A stretch of 20,000 bases of DNA from contig JAYWIR010000050.1 of NCBI GenBank assembly GCA_036172245.1, forward strand, positions 1,172,261-1,192,260, in the 5' to 3' direction. The position numbers were made by a program, and so were the translations under genes. The DNA is from Raillietiella orientalis. Its lineage: Eukaryota. Below, piece after piece: positions 1-11,397 of the stretch. Numbering within the stretch: the first letter of the stretch is position 1; every line of letters begins with the position of its first letter. A model generated the notes under the pieces. It was not told the origin of the DNA. It searched no databases and worked only from the letters and a program-made list of their open reading frames with translations.

Positions 1-1086
1 ATTTTCTCTGTTTGAAACTTTTAATCTCAGAATATGGTATCATCGTACTTTGTTGTAAATTAACAACCATTCCTTTTCGAGACGAGCACGTAATGCTGAT
101 TTTTCACGTTCCAATATTCCAATTGGGAGCTGTGTATTAAAATAAAGCGTTTTGCTTACAGTCCTCTGTGCTTTTAAATTCTGTCTTTTCTACACTTTCC
201 TTCTGCTTTCGCACTGCGTGGCGTGCAGATTTTCCCCAGGAAACGACCGTGGCAGCTTCTTATTTATGGTGCCAAACCCCAAACTGGGTCATGCATGCCC
301 AGGTCTAAGTCCACTTCCTTCCCACTCCGTCCCTACAGTAAATGCCAACCACATAGCCAAGCAAGACTTGGATGCTGATTCTCAACTCGGCTGTCTCCTC
401 ATGTGTGTTCGTTTGTCCAGGTTTTTGTTCAAGCTTCCCAGGCTGCTGATCCGTTTCCAAAGACACGTGTAGCCCTCGGCTGAACTTGAGGATGACATGG
501 CCAAAGTTGCTGTCCTCACTCGCCATTGTGTTTGCTTGCAAGCATGCGGCGGTGTGTGATGCACTAATGCAAATTTATTTAATTCTTTCTTATTTTACCG
601 TGTTTCCTCTCCGTTTGCTTTTTTTGTTTCATTTTAATTTGCAATATGAAATGCTTACGTTGAAAGGACAAGCGAAGTTATAGATCTCGGACTGCATGGT
701 TTTTCCAGTTTGGCACAGCAAAGTCGAAATAATCTTCAGTCTGTTGTGTAAGTGTTGATATATATTTTTGACATACGTTGAGTCTTCTGGCACGTTCTAT
801 TCCCAAGTGACCATTGGACTTTATGCTTAATGTACTTTTTATAACTTTTGCGTGTTCATGCGTAGAGTTCGGAGCATTATACCACATGAAGAGGCCACTT
901 TCGATAATCAGGCCAGAGAAAATAAAGCCATTAGAATCTTAAAATGCCTGTAATAAATGAAAATGAGCATCTAGTTTTATGTATTCCCATGTGCTTTTTC
1001 TAAATTTCCACATTTAATAAGTATGTAAGTTTTTCAATAATTTTACAAATTTGATGTATTAAATGTTTGTAGGAAACTATATTGAA

Positions 1087-2697
1087 ATGCCCTTCTACGA
1101 AGGTATTGGTCTCATAAGTGATAAACCAGCTGTGGTAGTTGATGTGGGCAGTGCATATACTAAGTAAGAATTAGTTCGTTAAAGGTTTGGCTTTGACACA
1201 AATAGATGAGAGTAAAATGAGAAAGAAGCCATTAAAAACGTTTTCAGCTACTTTCTCAAGAAAGTCATCTTTAATTTTGTTATACTGCGCTACTGTGTTT
1301 TGTATGTGAAAAAATGACTCCTTGTTAAGTGCAGAATTGATATTTTAGGTGTGGATTTGCTGGAGAAGCCATTCCACGGTTCATTCTCAAGAGTTCTGAG
1401 ATCTGTAAAAGTAACCTGATTACTTACTTACATAAGAATGTTGAAAATCGTGTAGCATTTTCCGCTGTAGTGAAAAAGCTATTATATGAAATTTTTTATA
1501 GGTTAGGAATTTTTTGTAATACAATGTTATTCTAAGTGCACTCATTATGATAATTTTAAAGTAAAGAAATTTCCAGGTTCCTTCTTGTTAATCCTAAAGA
1601 TCAAAGAGTTATATTTGTGGAGTCATTGCTGTTACCTTCAGTTTTTCGAAATACATTGGCTGAGATTCTATTTAAACATTTTGAAGTACCATCACTGCTG
1701 TTTGTTCCTTCACAAGTGGTTTGCTTATTCACTCTGAGATTGTCTGCAGGATTTGTTTTGGATGCTGGATTTGAAGAAGCCTGTGTTGTACCAGTATTTG
1801 AATTATTTCCTATTTTTAAAGGCCTCATGACCCTGTCAATGGCAGGCCAATTTATTCATAGGTACACAAACTGTTAAGAAAAATTTTTCAACTTACTTTC
1901 AGAAATCTGTGTAAGGAAATTTTGGAAGGTTCTAAAGTATATGGACCAGCAAATAATGTACTGGATAAGGATGAAGTATCCTCTCTGTTGGATGAAGATA
2001 TCTTGGAAGACATTAAAGGTTACTATTTTATCTTGCATAAGTTCGTTAAAACCATGTAGTTCAGTGCGTTGTTGCAGCATGAGGGCATCAAATAAAGACT
2101 ATCCAGAAAATGAAGTTTCTATGCAAAGTGCGTATCACTGGAAGAATGGTTGTTGGATGGAACTTTCCCACAACTTGTTGAAAAATGTCTGTAATCCAAT
2201 GTTCACTTTACATGAAAATGAAGAATCGTATGCCACCCTAATCATGGATGCTATATTAGCTGTTGAGTACTTGGTTATTTTAATAAATTCGTAACAAGTG
2301 CAGCAGAGTCCTATTGATCTGCGAAGGCAGCTTGCAGAAAATTTAGTCATAATTGGGGGCACTTCTATGATGCCAGGGTTCAAGAGACAGCTGCTGCAAA
2401 AGTTAGATGACTTAAGACATCATCCTAGATATCTGAGACATCACATAGTATGGAACTTCAAAATACATCAGTTACCTGTACCTGCAAATTGTGCAGCATG
2501 GTTAGGAGGTTAGCATGGGTGTTATTGAAAAACAATATTTAAAACATGTTAAAGGTGCTATTATTGGAATAACGGATCTTGCTGCTTCCCGAAGTATTAC
2601 TCAAGAACGATACTGTAGTAATCCGTTTATTCCTGATTGGTGTTCTTTAAGCACCTTAACTCCTGAAAGTGATATGACCGAACAATGTCACCTCTGA
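1087..2697 (+). CDS. ACTR10: Actin-related protein 10 (dynactin pointed-end subunit Arp11), 7 exons, ~390 aa
   Basis: Hand-spliced GT-AG model with consistent phases: 1087-1163, 1349-1501, 1577-1861, 1903-2018, 2065-2261, 2307-2508, 2555-2697 (1173 nt). The translation [32 protein letters not shown]...FLLVNPKDQRVIFVESLL...FKHFEVPSLLF...LEDIK...SPIDLRRQLAENLVIIGGTSMMPGF...AWLGGAIIG...IPDWCSL matches the motifs I recall for metazoan ACTR10 from end to end. Confidence 0.96.
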
Positions 2698-2757
2698 CAA
2701 TGAATGCATGTATCATTGGAGAATGAAAGAAATCAATACAAATATTTCTTTATTGCA

Positions 2758-2777
2758 TAATACTCTTCTCTTTCTAG
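2758..2777 (+). promoter_or_regulatory. Unpaired 3' splice (candidate trans-splice) acceptor ahead of the small gene
   Basis: TACTCTTCTCTTTCTAG lies 6 nt before ATG 2784, with no strong donor in the 86-bp spacer after the ACTR10 stop. Confidence 0.5.
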
Positions 2778-2783
2778 TGCAAC

Positions 2784-3138
2784 ATGTTATATCGTGATCC
2801 TCAAAAATGGTGGAAGATATGGCTGCGCAGATATGTTCCTGTAATCTCAACAGACCAATCTAAGAAGTGGAAAACATGCCTTTCTTTGCTATATGCATTC
2901 ATTGGTTGGAATGCTTTTGCAATTTTCATCTATCAGGCCTACGAACGCAGAAGAAAGCTGTTGGAGGAACCCGGAGATACACCAAGTAAGCTTACTTAAG
3001 ACATAATACTAAATGGCTATTTAATCTATAGTTACTTCAATGATTCGGGCACTGAACTTGGGAGAAGTCAAAGTAGTGAAAATTCAAAACCTACATAAAG
3101 TAGATGAATATACAGTGAACACTCCTGAAAAACAATGA
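2784..3138 (+). CDS. Uncharacterised small single-pass membrane protein, 2 exons, 102 aa
   Basis: Exons 2784-2985 and 3032-3138, joined across a 46-nt GTAAG...TAG intron, give 309 nt in frame: MLYRDPQKWWKIWLRRYVPVISTDQSKKWKTCLSLLYAFIGWNAFAIFIYQAYERRRKLLEEPGDTPITSMIRALNLGEVKVVKIQNLHKVDEYTVNTPEKQ*. It has a basic/aromatic N-terminus and one hydrophobic segment (LSLLYAFIGWNAFAIFIY). A pyrimidine tract plus AG lies 6 nt before the ATG. Confidence 0.82.
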
Positions 3139-3163
3139 GTACCTACGTGTCTGCAACTTTTAA

Positions 3164-4875
3164 TTAAACCTTGGTTTCATATCCTTGGCTAAGAGCCTCC
3201 TGTCTTGCAGCCCTTTGATCTTCCCATTTGGTACACAGCCTAGACTCCAATTCTCTAAGCAAAGCACACCTAATCAAAGCAGTGATGCTATCTGGTAATC
3301 TACAGGTCATACCTGTATGCCTCGTAGCTCATTACGATGGTTTCTAGTTCTTGTTTGTACAGACGTAAAAGCATAGCTTCATAACACTCCAGCTGTGGCA
3401 ACCTAAACATAGGCCAGTGCAACAAGTGATCCCATTCTCCTGACGCCTTAACATATACCCGCAGCCATTCTGGAATTTCTTTTAAAAAGTGGATTACTGA
3501 TCTTGTGAAACGAGATTACCTTCATTTAAATATGGATTTGCTGGAACTAAGACAGGTGGCTGATGAAACTCTGTGTGCACAGGTGGTGGAAGAGTATGAA
3601 AAGGATGAACAAATGTAGTGCCATGCTGTAAACGTATATACTGTACAGCACATGGATGTTCATACTGTGCTTGTTTAGTTATGTGACTAAAAATAGAAAT
3701 CAATTTATTGTCTTCCATGAAGTTCTGCATATTTACTTGACATAATAGATACCATATTTTGGGGATTCAATTCTTTCCCATCCAGTTGGGAGGCCTTCTT
3801 TCTCAAAAGGGTGATTCCAGTGAGTGGTTTTTGTGTTATGATCGATATAATATTTTCGGCCACCTAAAGTATAGTCCACTGACCACCCTGGAGGTAATGA
3901 CTGATCATTTGAATCATTTTCACAACTTAAATAGTGTTCTGTAAATGAAGGTGAGTTCAAAAGTACTGCAACAAACATATTACCTTGCAAGAAATTGTGC
4001 TGGTATTCCTCATGTTGTTCTTGAACAAAAGTGTTGTTCAAATTAGAAAAAAATGGCTAATGGCATCCTGATATAAGGGTATCTATTTTTAATGACTTAC
4101 CTGCTGATGCAACATGGGGTTCCACTGCATTCCACCACAGTTCATTTGAGTAGGGCCAACTGCACATACCTCCTTATCTCTAGAAATGAAAGTCTGCAAA
4201 AGATAAAATTATCTGAAAGGTGCTTGAGAGAAGACATGCTTGTCTGTTCAATTAATTTTTCTTTGTGAGCATACAATTGATAAATGTGACAAATACGTAT
4301 ATTAGCAAAAGAGAAAACTATTTATATTCCAGGGAAGCAATTGATCATTATGATACTTGAAAAGCACCAAGGAAAGTATGGCAAAAATACCTGATTATTC
4401 ATGTAGAGCCGATTGTTGCAAAATCTTTGCATTCCACATTTCCAATGTTTTTGAAATGCATCCTTCATTTCATTTTCCTTTTGCACAGAACATCTAAAAA
4501 ATATTCTCTTCATATGTTTAGTAATACATATGAGTATTCACCGATTATAAAGTAAATCAATAGAAGATCCATGTCTGTACTCTCTATTGATGTGTCTGTC
4601 CATGTCATTACTTTCATTTGAATGGTTTGCTTTATGATTTTGTAAAAGGTATATTATGTTGGGAGCAGATGATGAGATTGAACATTTGTAAGTATTTGGA
4701 TTTTTGAATTTGTGCTCTTTAGTATTCCAAACATTTCTGACTGCACAGAGAGTATTAGCATTTCTTAAACACAGTAACTTTTACCTAGTATTTCAGGTGG
4801 ATTGTCTAATTTCACATATTTTCCTACCACTCCATCATTTAATACGTTTGTTGAATCTTTTGTTTTTTTTAACAT
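3164..4875 (-). CDS. sav: Salvador / SAV1 Hippo-pathway scaffold (two WW domains plus C-terminal SARAH coiled coil), 9 exons, ~399 aa
   Basis: Phase-consistent exons (minus): 4875-4785, 4740-4542, 4493-4391, 4193-4101, 4056-3984, 3938-3737, 3686-3520, 3478-3313, 3269-3164 (1200 nt). N-terminus MLKKTKD...[17 protein letters not shown]1 [32 protein letters not shown]2 [81 protein letters not shown]; ends in ETKV*. Exons 3-5 encode a poorly conserved linker and are less certain. Confidence 0.95.
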
Positions 4876-7800
4876 GATTACATCATCAAACTAGGAATGA
4901 ATGCAAAACCATATATCATCCAACACTTTAACCCTAAATAGCAATATCTGATTTGCATAACCACATTAAAAGACTTAGAATATTTTCTAGAACTATTTGG
5001 AAACAAGTCTTCATTTCAATATTACATCTTAGTTTTTCAAATAGATTTTTTATACAAAGTGAATGTGCACAAAAATACTGTGTAATCTTCAACACATAAG
5101 TTGTAAAAATGCAAACAAGTCAAAGTACTTTTGAGAAAATTTCACATTCACTTAGAAAAGATATTTAAAATGTGACTAATTAAAAAACTGTTATCACAAG
5201 GTGAAGTACATGCATAGGAGTGCTGTACATTCTAATCATGCATAAGAAACCTCCATTAAAATGAATAATGGTTATGATCATGAATAACACCACAAGTCTT
5301 GGAAATTTTCTGCAGTTTCCACATTTCATTTACCAAAGGAACAGTTATTCAGGGAAATAAGTAGCAATGAGGTACTTGCACTTTTTGCAGTATTCTTGTT
5401 CAATACTACATTTATGAATCAAGCTTCCAAATTAAGAGATACATTATGATGGTTTAGAGTGCATCACTTTGGACTAATCTTATGAGAAATCAAAAAAAAT
5501 TTGTCTTCCTTTTTGGGTTACAGAAAGTTTGCATACTGCTTTACACACACCTATGTAAGAGTCACCCTAATGATAGGCATTAAAGCTGGGCTTACATGAA
5601 AATATGTGTATATTACTGAATTTGCAACATGCATTACTAATTTAGGGAATTTGCCATCACTAAAGAATGGTTTTAACCAAAGTACATGAATGGAAACCAG
5701 AGGTACAGATTCCAAATTCCTGAAAAAACTTTCTTCACTGAAATGGTAACCTACACTGGCAACACCTATCTCAACTCTACAAGTTCAAAGAGCATTGTAA
5801 AGTTGAATGCCAAATCAGCTTACAGGATATGCTTCAAAAGCTTGATGGAAATCATGAAATCCACTAGCTAATTAAAAATTTTATAGAGGAGCCGACAAGA
5901 AGAATATAACACAACACATCTCTTACTCACACAACCAATCAAAACAGAAGAATATAACCAGAAACAGAACTTCCGAAATATGATGTATTAGTTTCTCCAG
6001 ATGAAAAGGAATGTGCTATAACTTGGAACAATGGACCTTTAAAATGCTTCCTATGTGGTGAACACTGTAGTATTTGTAAGCCTATTTGAATTTTATTACA
6101 TTAACTCGAACATTATTTGGAAACCCATTGCCCTAAGGGTTCAGCATTTATTATTACAAGCTTTTAGATTCCAATAATTTTTTTTTGAAATGCTTAACTA
6201 ATCTTATTTACACCCAACTCAAAATCTCGCTTTCAATTTGAAAATACCTATTGCATCTGGCGGAAAAAATTGAAATCAGACTTGTGAAATAAACATTAAA
6301 AGTTAAAATGTGTAGCAAAAGAGGTTCTTCAGAGAGAAAAGAAATTGTTATTCGAACATCAAGAACATAACTTTCACTGCCATGTGTTTTGTATGAATGA
6401 AAACTTTCAACAAAATAGATTTAAACCTTCAAGACTCATTTTGAAAACGTGACCGAAAAGAAACGGCGGAAAACGGCCAAATGAGCACGTAATTACTTGA
6501 ACTTTCCACTAATAATTCAAATAAGCTCATGTAATCAGTTACGACACTAAATAAATCAAACAAAAAAATACGAAAAAATGAGAAATATAACTACGAATGA
6601 GCATCAGAATTCAGCAGACAAAAAAAAAAAAAACAGAAAGACGACAAAACCAAAAACAAGAACGCAATGAAGAACATATCACAAACAACTATTTTTCTTG
6701 ACATTACTATGTATAAAAAGTCGTCGAGGACTACCATATTTCATTAACCTTTGTGAAGGCAATGTTTTAATTTGTTACAGATTGTATTCTTTCAAGTTAT
6801 CTGTTAAAGTCATTATGATTAAGAAATCTTCAAGAACTATTGAAACCAATTCTTGGCATTCCAGCGCAGGCATGATGTTGTACCAATTTGTTTTGATAAT
6901 ATAACCATTTCACGAATTAAGTATTTCAAATGAAAACGCTTTTTCGAGAAAAGTCAGTCAGAAAATCTGACCTATCCGAAGAAAATATCGAATATGCCAT
7001 TTGTACATTTCTTTATACATACTTTAAAAAAACAGAAGCATACCATTCGGGCATCAATAAACTCTCACTCTTGGATTCCAGTCTGGTTCTTTTTCTTTTC
7101 TATTTGACAGGACGTGTTTTGATATTTGTTTACAAAACCTGGAACCCTAGATTTAGTTTTTCTTTTTTCATTCTTGTATCAAGTTTTGCGTGATATCGAG
7201 AATAATGTGAGCTGTTAAATACGTTTTTACACTAGTGAAACATTTGAAGTCTTTCCCATAATTGGGTATACTTCTCTCGGCATACAGGAGAGCTGTATGT
7301 TTAAGGCAAAAGTTTACATTTTTCCTTAAAAGCATGAATTTCCTTTTTCATAGAGACAAAAAATGGTTCTCGTCGGAATGACCGGGAAAAAAAAAGCGCC
7401 ATTGACTTGGTCCATAACTGAGTCCTTCGTATCTACGAATCATCTTTTCAAACCCATACTTTTTTTCCACGTTAGCAACCAGCTCATCCTAATAGTTTTT
7501 TTAGTAAAAATATTTCGTTATTTAACCAAATAACATTACTTTCACTATTTACATAATCTGCAAGAATCACTTTGGATTTTGATTATTATGTGAACACAAA
7601 AACAAAAATTTTTTAAATCAGGTTACTTTGAAAACTGTTGCTTGTATTTTGTTTGCTTTCATTGAATGTTTGCTCATTATGGATGATTTCAGGTCATCGA
7701 TCTAAATGTCGCATTCTTGTTCTACAATCATAGTTATGCTTTGCACGTATCCTTGTGACCGCAGTTCTCATTTCTTAATCACCTGAATGAAAAGTTTCCT

Positions 7801-9117
7801 TATTTGATCTTGTAGCTCTTTGTTCACGAAGCAATGGAGGATTTAATTAGTAGCTTCCCTATTAATGCCGCGTTTCAACTTTTTGATGTTTCAATATTCG
7901 AATCAATAAAAAGAGTTTGAATTCGGCAAAAGAAAAGTTGTCTTACAATTATAAATATTACGGTCAACACTTTTTTTTTAAATTCTTTGTATACTTTTTA
8001 GAAAGTACTTTGCATACACGTTGCATCACTTATGGTTTTGCGTTTCAGAAAAACAAATTTTCGAATTTTTGAAAATAGTTTATAAGGTAAAAAAAATACT
8101 AGGGTAAATTTTTGTTGCTTTGCTGGATTTTGCTATTTATATCACATATTTTTAAATGATCTTCTTTAAGAAAGCTTGGACACTTCATCATCCTAATCCT
8201 AAATACTCTAATGAATGTTTCAAGATAATCTTTCGGATGCTGTTTCTGCTGTAATTTTCTTTATTCAGTGTGTCTTTCTTGAATTTTCCACAGGTTTTTC
8301 TTTCTAAAGGAAACCTCCCCTGATTTTGACTGTGTTGTCTCCGAATTTCCTTTTTTGCCTCTTGGTACTTTGTGTGTTTTTGATTTCACTCTAAGTTTTA
8401 TAATTTTCGCTTGCATGTTCGTGTGGTAATGTTTTCAAGTTGTTTTCTTAAGTAATTTAAGGTGAAAGACAGGGAAGTGTCAGTCCTAAGAAAGCTGGCA
8501 CAAAATAATTTTGTTTTTTGAAAGAGTGCACGAAGCATACGTATCTCTGGTTTTTTCGTATTGGAAAATTTGATATATGTATATGAATGCACAGTGTGGT
8601 GAATGTGTTTTTACAATTAATGTGTGTTATCTCAATGTGTTTATGAAAATTAAGAAGTCTGCTCATCCTTCGAAAACTATTCCAAGGAAAGCCATGGATT
8701 TTAGCATACATTAACTTAATATTTGTTATGCTTTAGAAAATTAATCCGAGTCCCAGAATACAGACAATTTTTGGTCGATTCTGTAAAAAGTGTTTAAACG
8801 GAAATAGCATTTTTTTGTATGTGTTTATTCTTTGTTTGCATATTTTTCTTGACAATTGGAAGTTTGTTGATATCCAATTGTAGTATTCTTATTGTAGTGA
8901 TCGATATGAATATAAGGAGATGTTCGTAAAACAGTAACTGGAAAAGCTTATGGTGATCAATGGAAAGTACCTACAAACAGCTTTGATTCATGGGTATGAA
9001 TGTGTTTCGATCGCGCTGACACCTGTTCGAAATGTCTATGTGGCATTTGACTACTGAAAGAAGGAAATTCGAAGGTTTAACACTTTATCCTGCTTAATAA
9101 GAAAACTGCAAAATTTC

Positions 9118-9132
9118 AGAGAGAGAGAGAGA
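9118..9132. repeat. Short (AG)n microsatellite
   Basis: AGAGAGAGAGAGAGA seen directly. Confidence 0.85.
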
Positions 9133-11146
9133 ATAGAACCCCAGTGTGTTACACTTTGCAGAATAAAGCGAGCCTCCTTTTCATCCCAATCAAGATTATG
9201 CTACAGGTGTGAAATTGTGTTAGTTTTTTTCTCCGTATTCAACATCAAAGAAAATGAATATCTGTAAATGGCATTTGCACTAAAGAGTAATTGATTTCAT
9301 TTTTAAACTAGAGAGATAAGCAGTTTTAAGATTTTTCACTAATGGATCCCTTTGATGCAACAGTATGTGCTTTGTGTGGTATGTAAACGCATGTGATTAT
9401 GAGTAATAATAAAGTGAGTAATAATAAATTTTCTGCTAATTTTGTATTGAAGATTTTTGAAACTAAGGCTGGAAGCGATATAAACAAATTGTACGCATTA
9501 ACATCAGAATTCTGGTAGTTATGGATTCTACAGAAGATCATAACGATGTATATCTGGTACGTATTTTAATCATGCTTTTCCTGTGTTCAAATGGACTGGC
9601 TTAACGTAACGTTAATTTGAAATGAATTAATGAATACATTCAATAAAAACCTATTTGGAGTTGTTCAAATGGGATTATGGCATCATAGATGCCTGTAATA
9701 TATGCTATATGAAGCAAATGATTTTTGTTGCATAAATACCGTCGATTATTACTGCTTCAAAGCATTAGATATAATTATAAACACTGAATAGTGCTTTTAA
9801 TGTCAGTTTTTAGAAATCTTATATTTCTATAAATGCATGATTAGTCATTTTATTGTAAGCATTTCTGGTAATAGCAATATAAACTTATACTTAAATTAGT
9901 TCTTAGAAGCAATTCTTAAGTCAACTTTCAAGAGTTAAAATCTTTACGAATTGCAAATGTTCTTGGGACTAGTTAGGAAATATAAAAATTGTTTTTAAAT
10001 AGGCAATTGTTGGCTTTGTTTGATGGTAACTGGGCTTGTAAGTTAGCATGTTTTACTCTAAGTTTGTGTCAACCATTCCTTAACACAGCCAAGATATTGA
10101 TCATTCAAAATTCTTTGTTTAGAAACTACCAATTCATGCATAAGGAGTATTTCTGGTTTCTTACAATATGCATATCAGTGCTTTTGTCAGAATGGAATAC
10201 TTAATACTTTCTATTGTAAATTTAACAATAGTCACTTGCCTTTTGCTGTACTTTGATCATGTTAATTTGTTTGTGTTTTGAGTAAGCTGTCCAATCTGAG
10301 CGTAGATTTTTGAAAGAAAAAACAAACAGCTTTGCCAATTTGCATTGGGGCACAGAGCATGGATAAAACCTGTGTTTTCCATTGTTTTTTCATAGAATAG
10401 TGTTTTAAGTGTTAATTTTGTTTGATCATGGTAGGCCTACTGTTTTGTAGTGGATCCAGTTTCTGAAATGAAAATTAGTTTCCTCACTTAGTTCCTGAAA
10501 CTACAGTGGTAGTTGAAAGTGGTAAATTTTACTGTGGACAAACTGGTGTGGTAAGTGAACTCATCTTGATGCACAGAGAGCAGCTCTTTGTGGGCAACAT
10601 GTTTGTTATTCAGTATCAAGGAATGAGGACATAATATGTTTAATGCAATTCTCGCAAGATGTTTATCTGTTCAGGCAAAATGTTCTGATAGTTAGGACAT
10701 AAAACTTTGTGTTCTGAACATTAAGGAACATGCACATTCAATGTGGATAATGTAGCATTCATGCTTGCTCAAAGTAGCATCTATGCTTGGTTTATCGTAA
10801 ATTAATACACAATGCTAATTCATTGTCAGAGCTTTCTATTGCTATTAATCAGAAGGTTTTATATCTACAAATTTGCTTCTATGTGAATTGTATGGTTATG
10901 CTGCATTCATAGTATGCACAGTCTCAAGTTAATCAACATTGAAAGCATTGTGTGTTTCTTTTTATGGTAGTGTAACACATTTTAACCTCATGAAATCTGA
11001 TTGATTTCCATAAATTTTGTCAATCATACATTTTTCAAAATATGCTAAATTTCAAAGGTAAAATTCTGCTGTTGTTGCATTTTCATTTCCAATCATGTGA
11101 TTATGGAAGCATAATCTGATTTTGCATGACTCCTTAAGGTTCTACT

Positions 11147-11397
11147 TGGGTTGTAATGGTGTTTGATCTTACTGTCCAGTAAATTTGTGTCCCCTTTTTT
11201 TAATCAATAATTCATCTTCATTGATTCATTGATTGCATTCAGTGGCCTTCTTTATAGTTTGTATCTTCTGTATTTTATTCATTCTTTAAGAAATTTCTTT
11301 TTTCTTGATTTTTGAAAGTATGTCATTATTTGTCTCTCAGTTTTCATCCATTGATCAGGAATTCCTTGATCACCTGAAATTATGTTGTAAACAAACA
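11147..11397. repeat. Diverged direct repeat A, copy 1 (~250 bp)
   Basis: Aligns by eye, with gaps, to 14664-14929. Shared anchors include TGGGTT.TAATGGTGTTTGA, AATTTGTGT, TGATCAGGAATT...TGATCACCT.AAAT.ATGTT.TAA.CAAACA. Confidence 0.75.

Noticed and set aside
783..844. FPSDHW peptide resembling the C-terminal catalytic motif of EEP nucleases (TDP2/CCR4 family)
   Set aside because: There is an in-frame stop just upstream, it would need a rare GAG acceptor, and no preceding EEP motifs are visible.
5686..10204. Scattered 60-87 aa ORFs in the AT-rich interval
   Set aside because: Composition matches non-coding AT-rich DNA, with no recognisable motifs or coherent exon chain.
9342..10550. Joining 9342-9378 to 10492-10550 gives MDPFDATVCALCVPETTVVVESGKFYCGQTGV, a zinc-ribbon-like or alternative GRAMD1 N-terminus
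   Set aside because: The phases fit, but the exons are tiny, the fourth Cys is missing, and such pairings arise easily by chance. It needs RNA evidence.
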